NCBI GenBank assembly: GCA_963667035.1 | Contig: OY762964.1 | Span: 704,001 to 768,000, forward strand | Direction of reading: 5' to 3' | DNA length: 64,000 bases | From: Candidatus Cloacimonadales bacterium | GTDB lineage: Bacteria > Cloacimonadota > Cloacimonadia > Cloacimonadales > JAFGVF01 | Position numbers and translations under genes: made by a program | Notes under the pieces: generated by a model | Databases searched by the model: none | Seen by the model: the letters and a program-made list of their open reading frames with translations, nothing else | Told to the model about the DNA's origin: nothing | Shown: positions 19,300-30,679 of the stretch, one piece after another | How the letters are laid out: the number at the start of each line of letters is the position of its first letter | Numbering within the stretch: the stretch's first letter is position 1

Positions 19300-20034
19300 C
19301 TAATCAATATTGTAATCCACAAGTTCATACTCAATTAGGAAATCTTCACTACCATTATCTTTATATAAAATCTTTACTAAGCCAACATTCTCGGCATAAT
19401 AATAATATCTAACAAATCCGTTATCAATATTGGAATCGAAGTCACCAACAAACTCATAGTTCTCTCTATAGACTATACAATTGAAGACTCCAGCCGGTGT
19501 AGTTATTTTCAAATCTTTGCTGTTACATTTCATAATATCATAGAAAGTTCCGGGTTGTCCTTGATTATCTTCTAGAACATTATACATTAAAACCCATTCC
19601 TCTTCATAAGCTATTGGGTATTTAGCAATTAAATATGATGCAAAGTTATCCCCTCCGGTAAAATGCTTATATTTACTAGAAAGAATCTTATGCTTTGTTT
19701 TCATCCCGAGTAAGCTGTAAGGTTTTTCCGTACTTTTATCCCAGCAGTAGACTAATCCTTCCTCAGTCTGCTTTGCTAACATATTGTTTATTCCTTCATT
19801 ACTGGACCAAGTTACTTTAGACCATCCTGCTTGCCCGTCTGCACCTACTTTGTGGGATGAAATATATCTCAAAGTATCAACACTATTATTATATACTGTA
19901 TTCACTACCCAATAATTTCGTTCATTAAGTGAGAAAAAAGGCTTAAAACTTTTTGGCTCCGGCTTTGTGATACTTCTCTCACATCCACTTAGAACTGTTA
20001 ATAACAACAGTAATATACCTAAAAACTTATACAT
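19300..20034 (-). CDS. putative lipoprotein, hypothetical
   Basis: Start at the second Met (GGAGGA RBS); lipobox 'VLSGC'; 'TTPAGVFNC' and 'YAENVGLV' motifs. Confidence 0.7.
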   Translation of the reverse strand: MYKFLGILLLLLTVLSGCERSITKPEPKSFKPFFSLNERNYWVVNTVYNNSVDTLRYISSHKVGADGQAGWSKVTWSSNEGINNMLAKQTEEGLVYCWDKSTEKPYSLLGMKTKHKILSSKYKHFTGGDNFASYLIAKYPIAYEEEWVLMYNVLEDNQGQPGTFYDIMKCNSKDLKITTPAGVFNCIVYRENYEFVGDFDSNIDNGFVRYYYYAENVGLVKILYKDNGSEDFLIEYELVDYNID

Positions 20035-20124
20035 GACTCCTCCCGTTTTTCTACGCAAATCAAATTATAGAAGACGTTTTCTTACTGGCAAGAAGAATTT
20101 ATTGATACAAATAAAGTTATGCAA

Positions 20125-21423
20125 CTATCTGAATAAAATCACTTTTTTGATTATCTTATTATGGTTGGATTCTAGTCTGCATAAATAAATACCTGAAGGA
20201 CATTGTCTGTTGTTTTTATCCACTCCATTCCAAATGATTTCTTTTGCTTTTATGCAATTGAAGCTTCTAATAACCTGTCCCTTGATGTTATAGATAGTTA
20301 GTATTGAAGTATCACTTATTTCATTTGTTATCTTTATTGTAGTGTTACTGTAAAATGGATTAGGGAATAAAGAAAGGTTAAGATTGTTAATTGATGCAAC
20401 AATTTCATTAATTCCTGCAACCGGAGAGTAGGGAGGATGAAAAGGGAATCCATTGTTCTCATTAGAGTCAATATTCCAAAGGTCAATTTCTCCGTTCTCT
20501 GTTTCATTAATAAAATCCCATCCTAAGTATAAATACGAAGAGATATCTCTCATTTCTTGCTCATTCAAATCCATTACATTTACTACACTCCCTATTGTAT
20601 TAGCCGGTACTGCTCCTGTTACAGGATTATTACTGTTCCAGACGCTATTAGCAATAGAACCTTCATTTTGTCCTGATAATGAATAAGCATTTCCGGAACT
20701 ATTGTTTATAAATGCGTATGAATTAACTAACTCTGATAGTGGATTGTTGATACCAACCAAACCACCACAATTCCCTAATGAGTTATTGATACACCCCATG
20801 TAGTAGCAATCACTGACCAATGAATCGGAACTGAAGCCTACTATTCCACCGCAAGCATAGAATGCACCTGAGATATCCAGATGACTTGAACACTGTTGTA
20901 TTGTTGTACCATTATTAATTGTTGAAACTATTCCTCCGCAATAGTAGTTACCGATTATAACACCGTCAACATGACAGTTAACTATTTCAGAATTGGTTGC
21001 CGATACGGCTATACCACCAGTATTGCCATTAGTAGTAGTAGTGAAACTGATATTAGATAGTGTCAGGTTCTTGATAACAGAGTCTTCAATTACTCCAAAT
21101 AATCCTGTTATTGTACCTATGTTTATTGATAGGTTAAGAATTGAATAGCTATTCCCATCATAAATTCCTTTAAAGGGTATTGACCATGAACCTATCGGAT
21201 GATAAACTGAACCCTGCTCATTCTCAAAAGAAATATCGCAAGTTTGTATGAAATGGAGTTCATCATCCCATATATTCATGTTTGTACTTAACCATTCTAC
21301 GTTCTCCCAACAACTAATTCGGTATGGGTTTTGTTCTGTTCCGTTTCCGGTAGGCATTATTGATTCTGCATACACAAGAGTTGAAGTGAAAAGGACAATG
21401 ATTACTATTAGTTGTTTAAACAT
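20125..21423 (-). CDS. secreted GLUG-motif protein with FlgD-Ig/T9SS-type C-terminal domain
   Basis: Signal peptide; 'GNGTEQNPYRI', 'CGGIVG' repeats; C-terminal FPNPF...SGIYL...KKVILFR; paralog of 1379-3673. Confidence 0.8.
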   Translation of the reverse strand: MFKQLIVIIVLFTSTLVYAESIMPTGNGTEQNPYRISCWENVEWLSTNMNIWDDELHFIQTCDISFENEQGSVYHPIGSWSIPFKGIYDGNSYSILNLSINIGTITGLFGVIEDSVIKNLTLSNISFTTTTNGNTGGIAVSATNSEIVNCHVDGVIIGNYYCGGIVSTINNGTTIQQCSSHLDISGAFYACGGIVGFSSDSLVSDCYYMGCINNSLGNCGGLVGINNPLSELVNSYAFINNSSGNAYSLSGQNEGSIANSVWNSNNPVTGAVPANTIGSVVNVMDLNEQEMRDISSYLYLGWDFINETENGEIDLWNIDSNENNGFPFHPPYSPVAGINEIVASINNLNLSLFPNPFYSNTTIKITNEISDTSILTIYNIKGQVIRSFNCIKAKEIIWNGVDKNNRQCPSGIYLCRLESNHNKIIKKVILFR

Positions 21424-21659
21424 TCTACACCTCCTATACAGTTTTTATAACTAACAATCTGTCATGTCTAATGTCAAGTTGTAAATTATTAAATAGACAA
21501 TAAAATACTATATTTAACTATGTTTTCTGTTTTGCTTATAATTAGTTCATGCTTGTAACAAAACAATATTTATAAGACCGAATCTTTTGTTGCATAGTTT
21601 ATACTTCCTCGCTCAATTGTAAATGGTAATTTAAACATGTTAAGCATATCTGATAACTC

Positions 21660-22439
21660 TCACCATGTTAAAAAAGTAGGTGCAGAAGGTCTTACACTAT
21701 AACATGATTTGTCAGATATATTACGATTATCATTATCAAAAATAACGTCTAGACCTGTTACATCTTGCGTACTCATTGTTTCAAGGTAGCTTGTAAACAG
21801 AGAGTCGCTATGTGTTATTTTAACATAATGTGGAATACCGTTTCGTTGCTCCCAAAATGCATATTGATTAATCCTTCTCCCTAAGTTATTAGTGCTAATA
21901 GTGGAATCAGTAAAAGTAACTTGCGAAGATGTTGATAACTCAATTGCCTTTCTACTAAAATAGCTTGAGTTGTTAGTTGTTAAATGGATGTTCATCTCTG
22001 AGTAGAGTTCATTAATCTGCATGGGTAGTAGAAATAGTTTTGAATTATATAATGCACTCATAAAACAGCTTGTATCGTAAATCTCTAAGTCTTGCATGTA
22101 GAATACTCTTGCACCATTATATTGCTTATCAACAAGCTCTTTAGGTGTATGCCTTGTCCAGAAACCAATACTATCTGAGGGTAGTATCTCTCGAAGAACA
22201 TAATAGGCTGAATCGGAACAAATTTTTGTGAAAAGGCTGTCCCAGAGTGTTTTTACTTCAATCTCATATTGATTCAGTGTCGGTGTTGTAGTTATATGAG
22301 CTATTTCTGTAATTCGAGGGTCTGTAGATCTTATTGCTAACTGATCTCCTACATAGTTCAATTCCTTTAAATAACTAGATTCTGATAGTAATAGTAATGT
22401 ACAAGCTATTACTAATAATATTAGAAACGTTTTCTTCAT
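21660..22439 (-). CDS. secreted hypothetical protein
   Basis: Signal peptide MKKTFLILLVIACTLLLLS; GAGG RBS; no recognised domain. Confidence 0.55.
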   Translation of the reverse strand: MKKTFLILLVIACTLLLLSESSYLKELNYVGDQLAIRSTDPRITEIAHITTTPTLNQYEIEVKTLWDSLFTKICSDSAYYVLREILPSDSIGFWTRHTPKELVDKQYNGARVFYMQDLEIYDTSCFMSALYNSKLFLLPMQINELYSEMNIHLTTNNSSYFSRKAIELSTSSQVTFTDSTISTNNLGRRINQYAFWEQRNGIPHYVKITHSDSLFTSYLETMSTQDVTGLDVIFDNDNRNISDKSCYSVRPSAPTFLTW

Positions 22440-22708
22440 AGTTTCCTCTCTTTAAAATGTTTAAGAGTTAATGATTAATACTCTTCGTTAGTGGTTAACA
22501 AGTTAGGGATTAGCTACCAATAATAAACTGACTACACTCAACTACATTTTTCCTCCACATAAGTCAATGGGTTAATAATTAATAAAGATAAATAATTAGT
22601 AAAGTTATTTTTTATAAATGAAAGGATATTGCATAATATAATATCGATATATATCTACAAAGATGCACTTATACTGAATTGCGTAAGTTGACATAAAGAT
22701 AATGACAA

Positions 22709-22737
22709 CAAAAAAACCCCTGCAATTGCAGGGGTTT
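22709..22737 (-). terminator. intrinsic terminator
   Basis: AAACCCCTGC-aatt-GCAGGGGTTT with a U-tract on the minus strand. Confidence 0.85.
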
Positions 22738-22757
22738 AATATATAATTGAGAAATTC

Positions 22758-25688
22758 TTATTTCATCATTATCATTTTATTTGTAGCTTGGAAGTCACCA
22801 GAAGAGAGTTTATAGAAATAAACACCACTGGAAACGGTTTGATTATTGTTATCTTTACCATCCCATAAAACACTATGACTACCAACTGTGAAGTTATCAT
22901 TAATTAATGATTTAATCTTTCTTCCTTTGATGTCGTAAATATCAATTTGGACATTACCGGCATCTTTCAAATCGAAGGCAATATTAGTTGTTGGGTTGAA
23001 AGGATTAGGATAGTTACCCACTAATCTGGTTGAAGTAGGAGTAACACCATGGTCATCATTGCCAACACCACCGGCACTATATATACCAATGTCATCAACC
23101 AAGAAAGCAAGGGTACCATCTGAAACACAGTGGATACCAACTCTGATTAACTGATCCTCATAATCGGCAAGACTAACATTGATGTTTGTCCAACCTTGAG
23201 GAACAGAAAGAGGTGTATCACCGGAAATCACTATGAAATCTTCAGGACTAGTAGATCCATTAGAAACAGCAACTTCGAATTGGTCTTGTCCGTATTGAGT
23301 AGTTAATGATCTAGCCCAGAAGCTTACATAAGGTAGGTTGTTGAGTTCTACTGGCTCAGAGATTAACCAGTCATCATTAGCAGTTGATTCTGCAGCAAAT
23401 GTTGCTAAACATACATTCCCGCTATGGGCTGTTTGGTATTCTTCCATAGGTGGGGTAGTACTTTGAGGATCAAATGTAATAAAAGGCATAGCTTCACCGG
23501 CACCCGGGAAGGTTGCACCAGCCATAGAATACGTTTCACTTTGATCTATGTCATAAGTTGTCCAAGGATAAGAAGCTGGTTGCCATAAAGACATTTCTTC
23601 TAAGTCATCCATGAATAAAGCAGGAATATCCTGTTCTTGAATAAGTACCGGTAATTGACCAAATTGGAAAGATTCGCCTTCACTATACACTGAACTGAAA
23701 GTATAAATGAATGAACCAAAATCGTGATCAGTAATTTGATATGTAGTTGTATTAGTTCCTTCTACAAATGAAACAAACTCACCATCTCTGTAGATGTTAT
23801 AACCTATATGATCTCTATCTCTATCATAAACTCTTCCTGCTTCTCCGCTAACATTACCATTGCTGTCAATTCGTTGAATTCTTACAGGATTGGGGATGCT
23901 CCAGCTCACGGTTAAATCCACAACATACTCAAGACCGTAACTGAATTGGGTTGGCGGATAAAATGGTCTATCAACAGTAACTTCTGCATTTACAACGTTA
24001 CATGGTATAGACTCTCCGGGATTAAAAAGAGCTTTAACGACAAAGTCATGCTGTCCGAGAGGAACATCAGTTACAATGTATTCTAAATCTGATATTAACT
24101 CATTATTGGTAGGTATTGTATTGGTATCCATGTATATATTATAACCCTGAACGAGTGTGTTCATTCCAAGGAAACCAACTTTTACATTATCAATTGCCCA
24201 ACCAGTTGCCCATCCGCCGTTATCATCTGAATGGAAACCAATTAGTACATTAGATTGATCCAAGTATTCACTCAAATCTATAGTAATTGTTTGCCAGCTA
24301 TCTGAACCGGTTAAAGCTAGAAGAACATCCCATGTTGTTCCTCCATCCAAGCTAATGTTTACTGATGCTAACTGATTATATTGAGCAGTGAAGAAACTGT
24401 CGAAACTTAATGCACAATCAATTAGATTCGTAAAGTCCATAGTTGGCATAACTAGCCAATCTTCAGAACCGTCAGAGACATCTTCTTCACTAGTTTGATT
24501 AGCATCGTCATTTGTGTATATGTAAGTTGTATGAGCTGGAATTGGGAAATACTGACTTGACCCATTAGAACTAATTTGCCACCCAACTGAAGCGTTAGTT
24601 GTTGCATTCCAGTCAGTAGGAAATCCGGTTTGGAAATCCTCTTCTATATTATATTCAGGCAAACCGGGAGGTGCCCATTGCAACCAAACCCAGTTACCGG
24701 CAACATCTTCTGATAGGTTAGCAGGAGGAAGTACTAATTCATCCATTTGGGCATTAACTGTAGCAGGATTATCAGGGTCAATATTTAGATCAGTTTCAAT
24801 ATAATCAACATATCCTTCATATTCAACTTGAATATCATAGATACCTTCGTACACAGGAAGTGCACATTGACCATTTTCATCGGTATGTGTAGAATAAACA
24901 TCAAGCATAATTGAATTAGCGTCAGTTGGAATAGCTTTTACTAATGCATTGGGAATAGTAACATTAGTATACATGTTAGTAGCTGTAACATTAACTGTAG
25001 AGTTTGGTCTGATATCTCCTCTAGTTGCTTGAATAATATCATAGTTACCTGAAGTTGATTGTACCATAACAACAATACTTAAATCAGTAACAGTCCAATT
25101 ACTATCAATAGTTAAAGATTGATTGTATTGAGCAACATCTCCGTTTGTAGTTTGAGTGAAATCTTGTGCTTCATATACTTCAACGGTACAGAAGTATTCT
25201 TCATTAATCTTCCTTGTAACCAAGAAAAAGATTTGATTATCAGGAGTAGTAACATCACCGGTCAAAGTTACATCTGCTATAACATTAATAGCAACATCAG
25301 TAATTGTATAATTGAATGTTAAATCAATGGGACTGTTAGTGGGCTCAATAGTATTATAATGAGCTAAATAACGTTCATAACAATCATTTCCCCCACCAAT
25401 TTCAGGAGTTGTACCCTGGAATTGCACATGTGGTATACCATCGACAGCATACATAGCAGCCCTTTCCATAACGCCCGGGCTAGCATCATCAGTGTCAGCT
25501 TCCCAGATTAGTGGTATAAAGTAAGGGGCATTTTCATCATTATCAAGTTCGAGCAGACCTGCTCGAGCATCAGGACAGAATCCTCAGGTGGATGCTGTAA
25601 ACAATTCTGCTACAACACCTATTTGAGTTGCACAGATAATTGCAAACATGCTGATAAAAACAGAAAGTAGTATCGTTTTCTTAAGCAT
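22758..25688 (-). CDS. probable selenoprotein (976 aa): Omp28-like thioredoxin-fold domain with UxxC, carboxypeptidase-regulatory-like domain, cleaved-adhesin/FN3-like domains and FlgD-Ig/T9SS-type CTD
   Basis: AGGAG RBS and ATG at 25688; signal peptide MLKKTILLSVFISMFAIICA; 'VVAELFTAST-TGA-GFCP' (codon 35) in frame with the 22758-25469 ORF; 'GIPHVQF' cis-Pro loop; 'NDDWLIS' adhesin motif; SECIS-like hairpin. Confidence 0.85.
25549..25586 (-). promoter_or_regulatory. candidate bacterial SECIS element with the UGA codon
   Basis: mRNA reads UGA GGAUUCUGUCCUGAUGC UCGAGCA-GGUC-UGCUCGA: 7-bp stem with a G-initial apical loop 24 nt after UGA. Confidence 0.7.
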
Positions 25689-25908
25689 TTCTTATCTCCT
25701 TCTATGTTTATAGATATCCTTATCTCAAAGTTTCTTCTTTTCCTTCTGAATGTCAACGAAATAAGTTGACTATTATTTATTTCAAGCAAAAATCATTCCA
25801 TGCAACTATTGTTTACAAACTAAATCTACAGTACCGGATGACTAATTCTGTTTGTATTAAAAAGTGCTCTGCTTATTGCAGAGCATTATAAGATATAAAT
25901 TGATGTGT

Positions 25909-27579
25909 TTATTTTAGTAGAACCATCTTCTTGGTTTTAATGTAACTTCCACTTCGTAATTTGTAGAAGTATATTCCACTGGGAACTACATCCCCTGAAT
26001 CATTTTCACCATTCCAAACTACCGAGTATTGATTATTATCCGATACAAAACTGTTTGTGTCAAACGATTTAACGTTCTGCCCTAGCAGATTATACACTGA
26101 TAGTACCGTATTAGAAGGATTATCTGTTGTGAAGTATATTGTTGTTGTAGGATTGAAAGGATTAGGATAATTGCCTATTACTTCATTTTTGGTCGAGATA
26201 TTTTGCTCTTCGGCATTATTAGTCGCAGATGAATTAAGTAAAGTTAATCCTATTGATTGCTCAAAGTCCTCATTTAAGTTACTAATCTCAAGTCTGAAGT
26301 CAAGTGAATCAATGTTGGCAACATTGTCTGATAAACTAAAATCGAACATGTAATCAATTTGGTTTATACCGGGTGATATCAAAAAATAACCATTCATAAA
26401 ATCACTATCAAGTTGTACAGATTCATCATCAGAGTAGATTCGTATTTCAGGATAAACAAGGTCTACTCCTCCCGAATTTTCTATCTGTAAAACTACCGAG
26501 TTTATTCCTTCTGAGTTTATTACCCCTCCGTTTGATACAATATTGACGTTACTGATTTCGATAACCGGAGCATAAGCCGTGAATTCAATTGAACTCTGAT
26601 TTGATGCTGAGTTGTTAACATATGTGTAGTTTAGTCCGAAGGCAAACTCATTATCAATATCATTTGAAACAGTTAACACATAAGGGCCTATTTCAATAGT
26701 CTGATTACTTAAAACGTTGCTTACAGTCTCCTGAACATTGTTAAAGCTTATCTGGGGGAAGTAGTTGTTAATTGAGATAACCGCATCATTAGTTAAGTCG
26801 CTTCCAATGTTCTTAAGCAACAAACTAAAGGTTATAGTCTCACCGTATCCGATAACATCATCAATTCCGGAGTTAACAATAACATCGTCGACTATGATGT
26901 ATCCTTCGTTTAAATAGGGATGAGTGAAATCAAAGTTTACATTCAACACGGGATTATCGGGGGTTATCTCTAAGTAAGGTGATTCTTCTATAGAATCATA
27001 ACCACCGTACCACATTTCACCATTGAATTGTCCGTAATAAGTAAGTTTCAACTTGTAAAGCCCTGTATTCAGGTTTGAAAATGAAAACTGAGAGTTTGCA
27101 TCAAGTTCTACAAATCCATACGATATCTCATACTCTTCCGGATTTACATATTGATATAGATTTGCATTGAAGAAGGTTGTATCCTCAGGTATCTGATTCA
27201 AGTTTAAACTACCTTCAATAATTCCCATTGAGGATTGAATAGCTTCAACTTCAAATATAATATTAGTTATCTCCGAATCATCTGCTAAGTGTATATAGTT
27301 CTGATAATATCCTGCAAAATAATCATTAGAAAATCCGGAGTATACTCTATATGTACCCATTGTAGCATTCGTTATAGAAAAGCTACCGTTTGCATCTGTC
27401 ATGTCAACGAAATATACATTATCCCAAGGATTAGGATATGTTCTCTGTATAAAAACAAGGATGTTACTAACACCTGTTTGAGTATCTGCATCAATTACCT
27501 GTCCGGACACTATTGCCGAACTGAGGGTGAGAGGCAGTAACACAATAATAATTAACAAAATCTTCATGTTTACCTCCAT
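25909..27579 (-). CDS. secreted protein with carboxypeptidase-regulatory-like/Ig domains and FlgD-Ig/T9SS-type CTD
   Basis: Signal peptide, 'VSGQVIDADT', 'TDANGSFSI', C-terminal NYPNPFNP...SGIYFY...KKMVLLK. Confidence 0.78.
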   Translation of the reverse strand: MEVNMKILLIIIVLLPLTLSSAIVSGQVIDADTQTGVSNILVFIQRTYPNPWDNVYFVDMTDANGSFSITNATMGTYRVYSGFSNDYFAGYYQNYIHLADDSEITNIIFEVEAIQSSMGIIEGSLNLNQIPEDTTFFNANLYQYVNPEEYEISYGFVELDANSQFSFSNLNTGLYKLKLTYYGQFNGEMWYGGYDSIEESPYLEITPDNPVLNVNFDFTHPYLNEGYIIVDDVIVNSGIDDVIGYGETITFSLLLKNIGSDLTNDAVISINNYFPQISFNNVQETVSNVLSNQTIEIGPYVLTVSNDIDNEFAFGLNYTYVNNSASNQSSIEFTAYAPVIEISNVNIVSNGGVINSEGINSVVLQIENSGGVDLVYPEIRIYSDDESVQLDSDFMNGYFLISPGINQIDYMFDFSLSDNVANIDSLDFRLEISNLNEDFEQSIGLTLLNSSATNNAEEQNISTKNEVIGNYPNPFNPTTTIYFTTDNPSNTVLSVYNLLGQNVKSFDTNSFVSDNNQYSVVWNGENDSGDVVPSGIYFYKLRSGSYIKTKKMVLLK

Positions 27580-27681
27580 TACACATAAGTTAATGATTTA
27601 GATTCAAACTCCAATATATATCTATAGAAAAAGGGAAGCACCGATTAATATTAGTGCTTCCCCAGATGCTTTAAATTTTAT

Positions 27682-28722
27682 CTACAGCTCAATAAGATTA
27701 TATTTTGTGTTTCCTAATCCTATCTTCTCGGCGTATTGCAACTGCTGAGTTCCACGGAAAGATTTACCTCTTTTCTTAATCTCATCCAAGCATGCTCTAT
27801 CTATTGCAACCGGATCTGACGAGATAAAGATACCAATGTCATCCATAATCGGTTTCATTTTCCTTGGTTCGCAATCACACCCTCTGGTAACGTTCATAAC
27901 AAAGTTGATATAGATGTTCTTTCTGCTATTATGTGCAGCAAAGGCGTACTCTACCAGTTTTTCTTTGAAATTGTTCCCTATTCCTATCATTCTGGTAATT
28001 CCTTTTAAAGAAATTATCGAAACGGCTTTATGTGGACAAATAGATACACATGCTCCGCACCCAACACATTTTGTGTGGTCTATGAATGATTTCTTACCAA
28101 TAGTGATTGCATCTTCATTACACCTTGTTTTACATAGATTACAACGTTTACATTTACTGTTTATTATATGAGGTTTCATTCCCATGTGCATTGCCATCTT
28201 GCCACCTTTGGAAGCCATTCCCATAGATAATTGCTTTATTGCTCCGCCAAAACCTGCTAGTGTATGACCCTTAAAGTGTGAGAGAACAATAAGTTGATTA
28301 TACTTGCTAAACTCAGCTCCAAGCTTACACATCTGAAAGTGTTTCTTGTCAATTCTCACTTCTTGAAACGCTTCTCCTTGTTCACCGTCGGCAATCACAA
28401 TGGGGAGTTGGGTGAATCCGTGTTCTTTGGCAGTTTTAATATGCAAGTCTCTTCTATGTCTTTGTCCTCCATACATTACACTTGTTTCAATATAACAGGT
28501 TTTTATATCTTTCTGATTTAGAAAGCCAATAATACTTTCATAATTCTCAGATTTAATAAATGTATGGTTACCCTTTTCTCCAAAATGGACTTTTAAAGGA
28601 ATCTCTGATTCTAAACTGCAGTTTTCCTTTTCAACAAATATTTCTAACAATCGTCGAGAAATTTTATTCACATTCTCTACAGAATTATCTCCATTAAAAC
28701 TTCTCCAATAAACATTCACCAT
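27682..28722 (-). CDS. DUF362 domain Fe-S protein with 2x[4Fe-4S] ferredoxin insert
   Basis: 'KVHFGEKGN', 'SHFKGH..AGFGGAIKQLSMG', CxxCxxCxxxC twice, 'CDC', 'SSDPVAIDRA'. Confidence 0.88.
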   Translation of the reverse strand: MVNVYWRSFNGDNSVENVNKISRRLLEIFVEKENCSLESEIPLKVHFGEKGNHTFIKSENYESIIGFLNQKDIKTCYIETSVMYGGQRHRRDLHIKTAKEHGFTQLPIVIADGEQGEAFQEVRIDKKHFQMCKLGAEFSKYNQLIVLSHFKGHTLAGFGGAIKQLSMGMASKGGKMAMHMGMKPHIINSKCKRCNLCKTRCNEDAITIGKKSFIDHTKCVGCGACVSICPHKAVSIISLKGITRMIGIGNNFKEKLVEYAFAAHNSRKNIYINFVMNVTRGCDCEPRKMKPIMDDIGIFISSDPVAIDRACLDEIKKRGKSFRGTQQLQYAEKIGLGNTKYNLIEL

Positions 28723-28813
28723 GTTTCCTCCAATCAGCTTTCAATGTATAGCAACTTCATCAATAAAAATATACTTCATTGGTTTAAACTTTTGATTCAG
28801 TTGTGTAGTGCAA

Positions 28814-29476
28814 CTATCTGCTAAAGCCACCACCTCCAAGTATTAACTTGATATAAGGTCCACCCATTCCGATTTTCGGTCCGTTAGGAAGGGATTGTTC
28901 AGCAATTTGCCAATTATCTTTGCTGAACGAAAGCATATAACCTCCTTGAATACCGTAAATTAAGCCGTTGTGAGTATAGATAGCTCCAAGGGCGATATCT
29001 CCTAAGAAAGTAGAATAATTAACACAACCTGACATCCCACTAAAGATAGCATTGTTGAAATATGCTCCATTCTCTGCAATCTCAAGTGTCATTCCACCTC
29101 CACCGATTCCTAGTTTTGGGTAGATACCGATATTCTTGTTTCTATATAGCATGTATCCCATATTTAGCATGCCATATCCTCCTGAATAAGTAACTTTTTT
29201 GGTCTGATCACTGTCCGAATTAGCTAGGATACCCTTACCTTCACCACCAATCATGAAGTTATCTATTATGCTGTATCCACCACCACCTATTGTATAAAAC
29301 ATGTCATCCAGTTTTAGTCCGTAGCCTGAATCAATGACGTCATTAAGTTCATCAATATCCATTGATTGAGTTCCAAACTCAAACCATCCGAATCCACCGT
29401 ATATTGATTTCCCACCGATTGCTAGCATAATTGAAGCAAGCGATAGTAGAATCACAATAATTAGTCCTTTTTTCAT
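28814..29476 (-). CDS. secreted/outer-membrane beta-barrel-like hypothetical protein
   Basis: Signal peptide; Gly/aromatic-rich alternating strands. Confidence 0.55.
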   Translation of the reverse strand: MKKGLIIVILLSLASIMLAIGGKSIYGGFGWFEFGTQSMDIDELNDVIDSGYGLKLDDMFYTIGGGGYSIIDNFMIGGEGKGILANSDSDQTKKVTYSGGYGMLNMGYMLYRNKNIGIYPKLGIGGGGMTLEIAENGAYFNNAIFSGMSGCVNYSTFLGDIALGAIYTHNGLIYGIQGGYMLSFSKDNWQIAEQSLPNGPKIGMGGPYIKLILGGGGFSR

Positions 29477-29484
29477 TGCTCCTC

Positions 29485-29793
29485 CTAAGTATGAATCATT
29501 TCTTCGATTCTTTTTACATAATTTGTGAATGCTTCTTTTCCTTTAACGGATAATCTATACACTGTTTTGGGTTTCCTGTCGACAAATTTCTTTTCGGCTT
29601 CAATGTATTCCGCCTCTTCAAGTTTCTTTAAATGGATACTAATATTGCCATCCGTGGCTTTAACCAATTGTTTCAAAGTATTGAAATCTACGGCTTCTTC
29701 ACGTACTAATATTGATAATATGCTTAATCTGATGCGTGAATGTATCAGGTCATCAAGACTCTTGTAATTATAATCATTATCCGTCATTCTCAC
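29485..29793 (-). CDS. winged-helix transcriptional regulator (HTH_34/MarR-like)
   Basis: 'LDDLIHSRIRLSILS', 'TDGNISIHLKKLEEAEYI..KKFVDRKPKTVY.L...GKEAF'. Confidence 0.88.
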   Translation of the reverse strand: MRMTDNDYNYKSLDDLIHSRIRLSILSILVREEAVDFNTLKQLVKATDGNISIHLKKLEEAEYIEAEKKFVDRKPKTVYRLSVKGKEAFTNYVKRIEEMIHT

Positions 29794-30403
29794 TTACCTG
29801 CTTTTTTAGTAATGAGTTCATCTTCACACCCGGAAGAATTTGGAATAATATCATGGCTATTGCAAAGACTATGAAACTTTCCGGTTTGGGATAGAAGAAT
29901 AATCCCATTCCTGTTAACCACCAACCTATTGCAACAAATTTCATCCAGTTAAAACGATTTAGCTCTCCTGTTATAAAGTAAGCACTACCCAAAATTGTCG
30001 CTATTACGGGACATATTGCATAGGGAGTAATCATTCCACCCCACATTCCTGCAAATGGAGTAACAGACATCGTTATACCCGAAGCCAGCCATATTGCATT
30101 TAGTACTTTTGTGCTATGAGTATAAGTTATTTTCTTTGTCCTAAGCACTCCGGTGAATGATATAATCCAACCTATTGAGATTATACCACCCCATAAAAAA
30201 AAGAAGTACCAACCGCTTTTAATAGTTATGATTCCTTTTATGGGAAGGTAGTTCCCAAGCATACCAATCAACACGATTATTCCCCAAAGGATATAGTCAG
30301 CACCTCCGCTAAGAGTTTTCTTTCTATTGCTTTCTTCCAATATGGCTTTAATGTAAGCCAGATTTTCCATTGCTTCCTGTTTTTGATCCATATTAACCTC
30401 CAA
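29777..30403 (-). CDS. multi-pass membrane protein, first gene of a three-gene operon
   Basis: Six hydrophobic segments; overlaps the start of the regulator gene. Confidence 0.7.
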   Translation of the reverse strand: MEVNMDQKQEAMENLAYIKAILEESNRKKTLSGGADYILWGIIVLIGMLGNYLPIKGIITIKSGWYFFFLWGGIISIGWIISFTGVLRTKKITYTHSTKVLNAIWLASGITMSVTPFAGMWGGMITPYAICPVIATILGSAYFITGELNRFNWMKFVAIGWWLTGMGLFFYPKPESFIVFAIAMILFQILPGVKMNSLLKKQVSENDG

Positions 30404-30679
30404 CTAATTTTCAGATAACTTTATTTTATAAAGCCACTCTATTATTTAAAGTATACTTGTCAATACAATTTTATTTTCTTGTTTTTACACACAGGATTTC
30501 ATATCTGCGTTTTTAAACTTATTGTTCATGCGTGTGAACATCCTTTTTATAGGTCATAATACGCTTAATAGCAATGTGAGGTTTATACACTTTTCATTTT
30601 ACAACCTGTACCAAACTAATTATCTATTTATGTATTATCACATAACATTGTTTAAACGACTTACTAAAGTGCAATTTTC

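Noticed and set aside
21570..21662. Possible read-through of the TGA ending ORF 21660-22439
   Set aside because: No Cys-type motif or SECIS-like hairpin, and only about 30 further codons before TAA.
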